A stretch of DNA of 64,000 nucleotides from positions 585,165-649,164 of the forward strand of contig CAXXQE010000006.1 in the NCBI GenBank assembly GCA_963665615.2, written 5' to 3'. A model generated the notes under the pieces. The model made no database searches, was not told the origin of the DNA, and saw only the letters and a program-made list of their open reading frames with translations. The position numbers and the translations under genes were made by a program. Positions 57,005 through 64,000 of this stretch are shown here, piece by piece; positions within the stretch are counted from its first letter, which is position 1, and every line of letters starts with the position of its first letter. The stretch is from Syntrophales bacterium (GTDB taxonomy: Bacteria; Desulfobacterota; Syntrophia; Syntrophales; UBA4778).

Positions 57005-57062
57005 GCAGGGTGTTGAAAAAGGCTCAGAGACAAGGCGCTCCGAGCCTTTTTCAACAGCCTGC
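57005..57062. repeat. Hairpin made of two inverted copies of GCAGGSTRTTGAAAAAGGCTC (terminator-like) in a divergent intergenic region
   Basis: 57005-57025 pairs with 57042-57062 (20/21). The loop is 16 nt. An A5 run precedes the GC core and a T5 run follows it. A partial third copy, CAGGGTGTTGAGAA, lies at 56981-56994. Confidence 0.8.
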
Positions 57063-57227
57063 TAAAGACATCTGTCAGAATTGCCGATAGACGAAAGGTG
57101 CAACGAATGCACTGTGTTAAAACGCCTCCAAAGCATCATCAGACAGGGATCTTGATCTTGCGGCCTTCTCCGTGCTAAAGAGACAAATCCCTGCAAGAAG
57201 TCAACTTATACAAAGGAGATCCGCAAT

Positions 57228-58586
57228 ATGAGTCGTACGTCTGCCAAGAGTCTTTCAACCGCCTCCCAAAAGAAAGCGCGAAAAGCCGCCAAGAAATCCC
57301 TTCCCCTGCTGGAAAAGATTACCGCCAAGAAAGCCGCCATCGGTGTCGTGGGGTTGGGCTACGTCGGCCTGCCGCTTGTTTTGGCCTTTTGCAAGGCAGG
57401 CTTCAAAGTGATGGGTTTCGACATCGACAAAAACAAGATCGATGCCCTGAACAAAGGAAAGAGCTATATCCGGCACATCGATGTCGCTGCACTCCACGGC
57501 AATCCAAACTTTGCGGCAACCTATGATTTCAGCAAGCTCAAGGCGATGGACTGCGTCATCATTGCGGTGCCGACGCCGCTTAACAAATACCGCGAACCCG
57601 ATATGACCTACGTCTTCGAGACGGCGAAGACAATCGCAAAATATCTGGGCAAGGGGCAGCTTATCATCCTGGAATCGACAACCTATCCGGGCACTACGGA
57701 CGGCGACGTGAGGGAAATTCTGGAAGCCGGCGGACTCAAGGCGGGAAAGGATTTCCAGCTGGCGTTCTCCCCGGAGCGGGAAGACCCGAACAATAGGGAT
57801 TTCAGCATCCGCACCATCCCGAAGATCGTAGGAGGCTATACAAAAGATTGCCTGGCGGCGGCCAAGGCATTGTACGAGAATATCGTGGATCGCACGGTTC
57901 CCGTCTCTTCCACGCGTGTAGCCGAGTCCGCCAAGCTTCTGGAGAATATTTATCGGGCCATCAATATCGCCATGGTCAACGAACTGAAGATGCTCTTCGA
58001 TAAGATGAACATCGACATTTGGGAGGTCATCGCAGCGGCCAACACGAAGCCCTTCGGTTTCCAGGCCTTCTATCCGGGACCGGGACTCGGGGGACATTGC
58101 ATCCCCATCGATCCCTTCTATCTGACGTGGAAGGCGCGTGAATACGAATTCAGCACAAAGTTCATCGAACTGGCAGGTGAGATCAATACCAGCATGCCGG
58201 ACTACGTGGTCATGAAGGTTATGACGGCCTTAAACGACTGCGGCAAGCAGGTCAAGGGTGCAAAAATCCTGATGCTCGGCCTGGCCTATAAGGCCAACGT
58301 GGACGACTGCCGAGAATCGCCATCCTATCGCCTTCTTGAGAAACTAGAAGCGCTCGGGGCCAAGGTGTCCTATAATGACCCCTATTTGCCGGAGATCCCA
58401 TTTTCGCGTGAGTTTCCTCATTTTGCGGGCCGAAAATCTGCAGCGGTCTCCGGAAAATACGACCTCTTCCTCATCGCGACCGCACACGACACTTACAAGG
58501 CGATGGATCTGACCTCGTACAAGGTCCCGATCGTCGATACGCGCAACCTGATCTCAAAGCCCTGCAAGTGGCTGTATAAGGCTTAA
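57228..58586 (+). CDS. Nucleotide-sugar dehydrogenase (UDP-glucose/GDP-mannose dehydrogenase family, WecC/WbpA/Cap5O-like)
   Basis: IGVVGLGYVGLPL Rossmann motif, catalytic Cys context GLGGHCIPIDP, and a C-terminal UDP-binding domain. It has a basic about 35-aa N-terminal extension. Confidence 0.85.
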   Translation: MSRTSAKSLSTASQKKARKAAKKSLPLLEKITAKKAAIGVVGLGYVGLPLVLAFCKAGFKVMGFDIDKNKIDALNKGKSYIRHIDVAALHGNPNFAATYDFSKLKAMDCVIIAVPTPLNKYREPDMTYVFETAKTIAKYLGKGQLIILESTTYPGTTDGDVREILEAGGLKAGKDFQLAFSPEREDPNNRDFSIRTIPKIVGGYTKDCLAAAKALYENIVDRTVPVSSTRVAESAKLLENIYRAINIAMVNELKMLFDKMNIDIWEVIAAANTKPFGFQAFYPGPGLGGHCIPIDPFYLTWKAREYEFSTKFIELAGEINTSMPDYVVMKVMTALNDCGKQVKGAKILMLGLAYKANVDDCRESPSYRLLEKLEALGAKVSYNDPYLPEIPFSREFPHFAGRKSAAVSGKYDLFLIATAHDTYKAMDLTSYKVPIVDTRNLISKPCKWLYKA

Positions 58587-58630
58587 CGACAGTAAATAGT
58601 GAACGGTTAACAGTCAACAGTAAAAGATTA

Positions 58631-58670
58631 AAAAAAGGCACTGGATATTCAATCGCAGTGCCTTTCTTGT
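58631..58670. terminator. Bidirectional intrinsic terminator between the sugar dehydrogenase gene and cysS
   Basis: AAAGGCACTG (58634-58643) pairs with CAGTGCCTTT (58656-58665). An A-run lies 5' and TCTTGTCTTT lies 3'. Confidence 0.7.
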
Positions 58671-58709
58671 CTTTCACCATTTACTGTTTACTATTTACTG
58701 TTCACCCTC

Positions 58710-60179
58710 TTATTGTATGCGCCAGGTCGTCCCCTGCGGGGAATCCATCAGAATGACCCGTTTTTCGGCCAACTCTACACGAATCTGATCCGCCCGTTGC
58801 CAATTCTTTTCAGTCCTTGCCCGCACGCGCTCGCCGATGAGCGCTTCGATAGCGCGGACATCCAGACCCAGCTTCATCGCTTCGCGGTCGCGATCCTTGA
58901 GGAAGTACTGCTCGGGGTCTTCATGAAAGAGACCTAGTACCCGGCCCGTTTCCAGAAGGGCCTTGCGGGCGGCTTCCAGCGTGACCATCAGGGTCGGCGT
59001 CACCTTGCCCCCCTCTTCACCTACAAGCCCGTTGATCATGCGGACGACATCGAAGAGATAGCCCAGCACGCGGGCGGTGTTGAAATCGTCGTCCATGGAC
59101 TCGGTGAACTTCGCCGGAAGTTCGGCCACCTTCTGCGCGAGTTCCTGCTCCTTCGGCGCCGGTGCCTTGTCCGGCGCGGGTTTTACGGATTTCAGCGCGT
59201 CGATGCGGCGCAGGGTCGAATAACACCGCTCCATCCCGGCTCTTGCCTCGGAGAGGGATTCGTCGGAGAAATCCAGCGCGCTGCGATAGTGACCCTGCAG
59301 GAAGAAGAAGCGAACAACCTCCGGATGGTACTGTTTCAGGATATCGCGAATGGTAAAGACATTGCCGAGCGACTTCGACATCTTCTCGCTGTTGATCTTG
59401 ATGAAACCGTTATGCAGCCAGTATTTGGCCAGGGGCTTGCCGTTGGCGCCCTCCGACTGCGCGATCTCGTTTTCGTGATGCGGAAAGACCAAGTCCTCGC
59501 CGCCGCCGTGAATATCGAAGGTATCGCCGAGGAGCTTCTGGCTCATCACGGAGCACTCGATATGCCATCCCGGGCGTCCCTGACCCCACGGGCTTTCCCA
59601 CCAAGGTTCCCCTTCCTTGCTCGCCTTCCACAATGCGAAATCAAAGGGGTTGCGCTTTCGGTCATCGACGTCCACGCGCGCCCCGGCGGACATGTCCGTC
59701 AGGTTTCTCCCGGAAAGCTTGCCGTATGAAGGGAAGGCCTCGACGGCATAGTACACATCGCCGTCCACCACATAGGCCAGCCCCTTATTCAAAAGGGTTT
59801 CGATGAGAGCGATCATCTCCGGGATATAGTCGGTGGCCTTCGGCGTGTGCGTCGGCCGCTCGATGCACAGATCATCCATATCTTGGTTGTGCTCGGCGAT
59901 ATACCGTTCCGAGATTTCGCGAATTGTCGTCTTTTCCGCATTGGCTCGCGCGATGATCTTGTCATCGACATCGGTAAAATTCTTGACCAGTTCGACGGTG
60001 TATCCCCTGTACTTGAGATAGCGAACGATCACGTCGAAGACAACGGCGGAGCGGGCATGACCGACATGGCACATATCGTAGGCCGTCACGCCGCAGACAT
60101 ACATTCCGACCTTGCCTTCCTGAACCGGGACAAAGACTTCCTTGCGCCTCGTCAGGGTATTGTGGATTTTCAGGGTCAT
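58710..60179 (-). CDS. cysS: Cysteine-tRNA ligase
   Basis: HIGH-type motif CHVGHARS, KMSKS motif KMSKSLGN, and the zinc-binding Cys context YVCGVTAYD. Confidence 0.95.
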   Translation of the reverse strand: MTLKIHNTLTRRKEVFVPVQEGKVGMYVCGVTAYDMCHVGHARSAVVFDVIVRYLKYRGYTVELVKNFTDVDDKIIARANAEKTTIREISERYIAEHNQDMDDLCIERPTHTPKATDYIPEMIALIETLLNKGLAYVVDGDVYYAVEAFPSYGKLSGRNLTDMSAGARVDVDDRKRNPFDFALWKASKEGEPWWESPWGQGRPGWHIECSVMSQKLLGDTFDIHGGGEDLVFPHHENEIAQSEGANGKPLAKYWLHNGFIKINSEKMSKSLGNVFTIRDILKQYHPEVVRFFFLQGHYRSALDFSDESLSEARAGMERCYSTLRRIDALKSVKPAPDKAPAPKEQELAQKVAELPAKFTESMDDDFNTARVLGYLFDVVRMINGLVGEEGGKVTPTLMVTLEAARKALLETGRVLGLFHEDPEQYFLKDRDREAMKLGLDVRAIEALIGERVRARTEKNWQRADQIRVELAEKRVILMDSPQGTTWRIQ

Positions 60180-60194
60180 AGGTGTGCTCGCTGA

Positions 60195-61232
60195 TTACGG
60201 AAAGGCAGCAATCATCTCCAGGCCGGTCGTTTCTTTCAGGCCCGTCATGATGTTCATGTTCTGAACCGCCTGCCCGGCCGCGCCCTTCACCAGATTGTCA
60301 ATAGCTGAAACGATTACAATCCGCTTCGTGTTCTTGTCGGCCATCAGGCCAATGTCGCAGTAATTGGTTCCCCTCACTGAAGAAATACTCGGATAGTTGC
60401 CTTCGCGATAGACGCGGACAAAGGGCTCGTCGCGATAAAACTCCTGATAGATGTCGATCAAATCAGGCGTTGATATATCCGTTTGCAGCGTCGCATACAT
60501 GGTAGTCAGGATGCCACGATTCACAGGTAGAAGGTGCGGCACGAAGGAAATACGAATCTCCGAGCCGGCAATCCCGGAAAGCTCCTGCTCCATCTCGGGA
60601 CTATGGCGATGCTTCAGAACGTTATACGCTTTGAAGCCCTCATTGGCCTCGCAAAAGAGCGAGCCCGTCTTTGGCTCGCGTCCCGCGCCGCTTACACCAG
60701 ACTTGGAATCGATGATAATGGAGGCCTCGTCAAGCAGCGCTGCCTTGAGGGCCGGGGCCAGTCCCAGAATAGCGCTCGTCGGATAGCAGCCCGGATTGGC
60801 GACCAAGACCGCCGATTTGATTTCAGTACGGTGAATCTCTGGAAGTCCATAAACCGCCTGTTTCAGGAGTTCCGGCGAGGTGTGCTTGTTGTAGGTTCGC
60901 TCGTAGCGGCTGAGATCACGCAAACGGTAATCAGCGCTCAAATCGATCACCCGCTGCCCCGCCTTGATAAACTCCGGAATGACCGACATCGCATCCCCGT
61001 GAGGCAGACAGGAAAAAACGATATCGACCTTGCCGACAAGCTCTTCGGGCGCGGCATCAGTGAATGCCAGATCGGTCAAACCTTCAAGAGCCGGATAGAT
61101 CTGGGAAACCGGCGTCCCCTTGTAGCGCCTTGACGTGGTGACCAGAACCTTCGCTTCAGGATGTCTGAGCAGAAGCCGCAGGAGTTCCTGGCCTGTGTAA
61201 CCGCTACCGCCGTAAATACCTACCTTCAGCAT
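60195..61232 (-). CDS. argC: N-acetyl-gamma-glutamyl-phosphate reductase
   Basis: MLKVGIYGGSGYTGQELLRLL N-terminus, active-site context ANPGCYPTS, and 345 aa. Confidence 0.93.
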   Translation of the reverse strand: MLKVGIYGGSGYTGQELLRLLLRHPEAKVLVTTSRRYKGTPVSQIYPALEGLTDLAFTDAAPEELVGKVDIVFSCLPHGDAMSVIPEFIKAGQRVIDLSADYRLRDLSRYERTYNKHTSPELLKQAVYGLPEIHRTEIKSAVLVANPGCYPTSAILGLAPALKAALLDEASIIIDSKSGVSGAGREPKTGSLFCEANEGFKAYNVLKHRHSPEMEQELSGIAGSEIRISFVPHLLPVNRGILTTMYATLQTDISTPDLIDIYQEFYRDEPFVRVYREGNYPSISSVRGTNYCDIGLMADKNTKRIVIVSAIDNLVKGAAGQAVQNMNIMTGLKETTGLEMIAAFP

Positions 61233-61247
61233 GTCTTCCTCCAGACA

Positions 61248-61274
61248 TAAAAAAGGAGGCCAAAGCCCCCTTTT
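61248..61274 (-). terminator. Intrinsic terminator after rpsI
   Basis: The minus strand reads AAAAGGGGGCTTTGGCCTCCTTTTTT: a GC-rich stem followed by T6. It lies immediately upstream of the argC Shine-Dalgarno. Confidence 0.65.
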
Positions 61275-61287
61275 AAGCCCAGTATGG

Positions 61288-61701
61288 TTAACGTTTCGAG
61301 AACTGGAATCTCTTCCTCGCTCCGGGCTGACCGTATTTCTTTCTTTCCTTGATGCGTGAATCGCGGGTTAAAAAACCCGCCTTTTTCAAGACCGGTCTCA
61401 GATCAAGATCGAATTCGACCAGGGCCTTTGAAATGCCCTGTTTGACGGCCCCCGCCTGGCCGGTAATACCGCCGCCCTGGACATTGATATAGAGATCGAA
61501 TTTTCCTTTTTTCCCGGTGATCTCCAGGGGCTGATTGATAAGCCGCTTGAGGCTCTCTCTACAGAAATAGTCTTCGACACTCTTTTTGTTGACCTGGACC
61601 TGACCGCTACCCTCTTTCATCCAGACCCTCGCAATAGAGGTTTTCCTCTTTCCCGTCGCGTAAAATTTCTTTTCCGTCATTGTCTTTTCTGCCGTTGTCA
61701 T
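61288..61701 (-). CDS. rpsI: 30S ribosomal protein S9
   Basis: ...[14 protein letters not shown]... and the C-terminal ...[17 protein letters not shown]. Confidence 0.95.
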   Translation of the reverse strand: MTTAEKTMTEKKFYATGKRKTSIARVWMKEGSGQVQVNKKSVEDYFCRESLKRLINQPLEITGKKGKFDLYINVQGGGITGQAGAVKQGISKALVEFDLDLRPVLKKAGFLTRDSRIKERKKYGQPGARKRFQFSKR

Positions 61702-61748
61702 CGACCGTTATTCAATCCTTTCTTGCCGGATAGGTGAAACGTTCTGTA

Positions 61749-62177
61749 TTAAATGTCCAGCGTCTTGGGAACCTGGGCCTCGTGAGGATGACCGTTGCCC
61801 TTGTAGATCTTCAATTTTTTCAACATGGCCCGACCGAGTGTGTTCTTCGGGAGCATTCCCTTGACCGCTGTCCGCAACAGATCCTCCGGTTTCGTCTGGA
61901 GCAATTTCCCCGCCGTTATCGATTTGATTCCACCCGGATAACCTGAATGGTGATGATAAAGCTTGTCCGACAATTTCTTGCCCGTAAGCGATATCTTGTC
62001 CGCATTGACGACCACAATGAAATCGCCGGTATCGGTATACGGCGTATAAACGGGTTTGTGTTTGCCGCGCAGCCGCCGCGCAATCTCGCTCGCCAGCCTA
62101 CCGAGCACCTTGCCTTCAGCGTCAACGACAAACCAATCTCTTTCGACTTCTTCCTTTTTTGCAATGAACGTCTTCAT
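61749..62177 (-). CDS. rplM: 50S ribosomal protein L13
   Basis: [46 protein letters not shown]... Confidence 0.95.
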   Translation of the reverse strand: MKTFIAKKEEVERDWFVVDAEGKVLGRLASEIARRLRGKHKPVYTPYTDTGDFIVVVNADKISLTGKKLSDKLYHHHSGYPGGIKSITAGKLLQTKPEDLLRTAVKGMLPKNTLGRAMLKKLKIYKGNGHPHEAQVPKTLDI

Positions 62178-62276
62178 CGTGCCACCTTACCCTTGAGTTA
62201 AAGGGGTAAATTACGTAATCCGTCTTTTTTTGTCAAGAGAAAAAATTCTTCCAGTACCTTCAAATGTCCAGGATGC

Positions 62277-64000
62277 TTAGTTCGACTCATTTCCACTTCT
62301 GCCAAAAACACTCGCGGGCTTCGCCTCTACCTGGCCGATCTTGCCGATACCCAGTAGTGTAAAGGTTACCATGATCCTGCGATCATTGTCGAGTTCCGAA
62401 TAGCTCAACAGCGCCGACCAGCATTGCTGTTTGTAATCCAGGCCGAAGGCCTGCTCTAGGGTTTTATCCTCATAGAGGTTTTTACGCAGGAGATAGAGGA
62501 GATCTATCTTCCGGCTGACCCGTGTCTTGAGATTCAAATTCAAGGACTTGAGCTGATCTTGGGTATAGCGGTATCCGATAGACGCCGAATCGCCGCGATC
62601 GTCTTTGAGGCTGATGTCATGATTGAAACGCTTCCACGCTCCGTTATTAGGATCATAGGTCATCTCAGAACGTAGCGAGACGTACTGGCCGGGCAGGACA
62701 TCAGCCTCGACATCGACGCCACTGAAGCGTCTCCGATCTTTTTGCGGATCCGGATCGCGAACCTCGGTTATGTTATAGGTCTGAGAAACCTTGAATCTCA
62801 GGAATTCGATGTAGCGGTAGTCGCCTCCTTGCTTTATCTTGGCGGTCAGGTAGTTGGACAAGGCATAGGTCAAGGCATTCATCTCCGAGAGCACCGGCAC
62901 AAAGTCCGGAACGTTCTGCGTGACATTGGGCCGGTAGGCATAGGTGATTTCCGGTCTAATGGCATGTTTGATCTTCTCAATCGAGCCGATTCGAACTGGG
63001 AAGATCCGCTCAACTTCCGTAGCAGTATAGAGTCCCAAGGTATAGAGAGACCGGCCGTGATTGTTGTCTTCACCGCCACCCTTGGCTTCCCAGGCGGTTT
63101 CCGTAAAGCCGACGGATGGCGTCAATTGCAGATAGTCCCCAAAGCTGACCGGCAGTGACAGGGTCGGGGCCACCTCAACAACATGCCCCTTTTGCCCCTC
63201 GTTGCGATAGGCATACAAATAGGAGGAGGCCAGGTCAAAGTTCAATGGGGTCCCGAAGAGAGGTTGGCGAATACCCGTGAAGGTGATCTGCGGGTAATAC
63301 TGAAGGGTTGCATCGTTAGAGGCTGTGGAGAGATTGTCGGTATAGCGCGTTAGAATCGTTAGATTGTACAGCGACCAGTCCTTGACGATCCGGGCGGTGG
63401 AGTCCAGCGCAGCAAGGGATTGATCCCCCAAAAAGGAGACGTGCTGGAACTTCATCGATTCATCTTTGGAATAATTCTGGAGATAATAATTATTGTTCGA
63501 GAAATCCCTGAAATACCAGTGATCGGAGACCTTCGCCAGATCCATCCGGAGATAAAAGCCGGAGCTGAAGGTTGTCTGGTGGTTCCCGAAATAGGACCAT
63601 CGGTTGTGGGTTCCCGTCCAATCTCGATAAAGCCCATCCTCGGCGCCGGTGACTTCTTTGCCATCGCTGAGAAAATCTCCATACCATGTGCCGAAGGTGT
63701 CCCTGGAGGGGTAATAGCGGAATTCAACTCCTTCCTTCCATCCCCGCTTGCTCATAACCCGCTGATAAAAGGTGGCGTCCATATCCTCTGAAATGGCCCA
63801 GAAGAAAGGAACCTCCATATCAAAACCATTCGTATCGGAGTATGAGACCCCGGTCGGCGGCAAGAGGCCCGTCTGCCTCTTTGTCTTCGCGGGAAAGACC
63901 ATGTACGGGGCATAGACAATAGGCCAGTCGTTTACCTGAAAGGTGCCCCCCTTGAGGGTTCCGTATCCCTCGACAGTAACGTCCAATTCACGCGCCGTAA
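62277..64000 (-). CDS. lptD: LPS-assembly protein LptD (OstA family), C-terminal beta-barrel part; the 5' end lies beyond the right window edge
   Basis: ORF 62277..63986 begins at a TTG, but the frame stays open to position 64000. Long amphipathic beta-strand-rich sequence with the ...PPTGVSYSDTNGFDMEVPFFWAI... motif typical of the LptD C-terminal domain. Confidence 0.75.
   Translation of the reverse strand, partial: TARELDVTVEGYGTLKGGTFQVNDWPIVYAPYMVFPAKTKRQTGLLPPTGVSYSDTNGFDMEVPFFWAISEDMDATFYQRVMSKRGWKEGVEFRYYPSRDTFGTWYGDFLSDGKEVTGAEDGLYRDWTGTHNRWSYFGNHQTTFSSGFYLRMDLAKVSDHWYFRDFSNNNYYLQNYSKDESMKFQHVSFLGDQSLAALDSTARIVKDWSLYNLTILTRYTDNLSTASNDATLQYYPQITFTGIRQPLFGTPLNFDLASSYLYAYRNEGQKGHVVEVAPTLSLPVSFGDYLQLTPSVGFTETAWEAKGGGEDNNHGRSLYTLGLYTATEVERIFPVRIGSIEKIKHAIRPEITYAYRPNVTQNVPDFVPVLSEMNALTYALSNYLTAKIKQGGDYRYIEFLRFKVSQTYNITEVRDPDPQKDRRRFSGVDVEADVLPGQYVSLRSEMTYDPNNGAWKRFNHDISLKDDRGDSASIGYRYTQDQLKSLNLNLKTRVSRKIDLLYLLRKNLYEDKTLEQAFGLDYKQQCWSALLSYSELDNDRRIMVTFTLLGIGKIGQVEAKPASVFGRSGNESN

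Overview
This 64-kb window comes from an anaerobic bacterium. Gene content suggests a Desulfobacterota/Syntrophia-like organism, but that is inference only: Wood-Ljungdahl methyl-branch genes fhs-folD-metF/V, hdrA, nrpR, many sigma-54 elements and a PEP-CTERM protein. I found no rRNA, tRNA, CRISPR array, transposase or integrase.

Left part (about 1-36 kb): an accessory, visibly AT-richer redox/catabolic island.
- hdrD-like and hdrA genes, and an atypical SDR.
- A minus-strand operon (3.5-8.2 kb) of three paralogous uncharacterised Cys-rich Fe-S proteins, a ferredoxin, a hypothetical protein and a CooC-type ATPase.
- A DUF1302-DUF1329-BNR/Ycf48-like-RND uptake module. The two outer-membrane genes carry multiple frameshifts; the BNR and RND genes are intact.
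- Two convergent paralogous sigma-54 activators of about 1046 aa. One has two frameshifts. They share a 140-bp near-identical inverted block.
- The most interesting locus is a five-gene plus-strand operon (25.2-30.1 kb). It encodes two HGD/BCR-family subunits, an HgdC/BcrAD-type activase, a 265-aa protein that by eye matches the central domain of acetyl-CoA synthase (AcsB/CdhC) but lacks the Ni site, and a second CooC/AcsF-type ATPase.
- Next to it are an EthD protein, a fourth Cys-rich Fe-S paralog, a Zn-ADH, a 5'-truncated relic of a fifth paralog and an FAD oxidoreductase.
- At least four good -24/-12 (sigma-54) promoter candidates and several weaker ones precede these units. TGTCAA/TTGACA-type inverted repeats lie upstream of them.

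Right part (about 36-64 kb): mostly housekeeping. It holds a methyltransferase, a PPC/DUF296 protein, an M14 peptidase, a PAS-GGDEF cyclase, a PEP-CTERM protein, corA, metF-metV fusion/folD/fhs, a TPR protein, a PEP/pyruvate-binding-domain protein, nrpR-gdhA, a nucleotide-sugar dehydrogenase, cysS, argC, rpsI, rplM and partial lptD.

All family assignments rest on motif recognition by eye and on remembered sequences. No searches were run.
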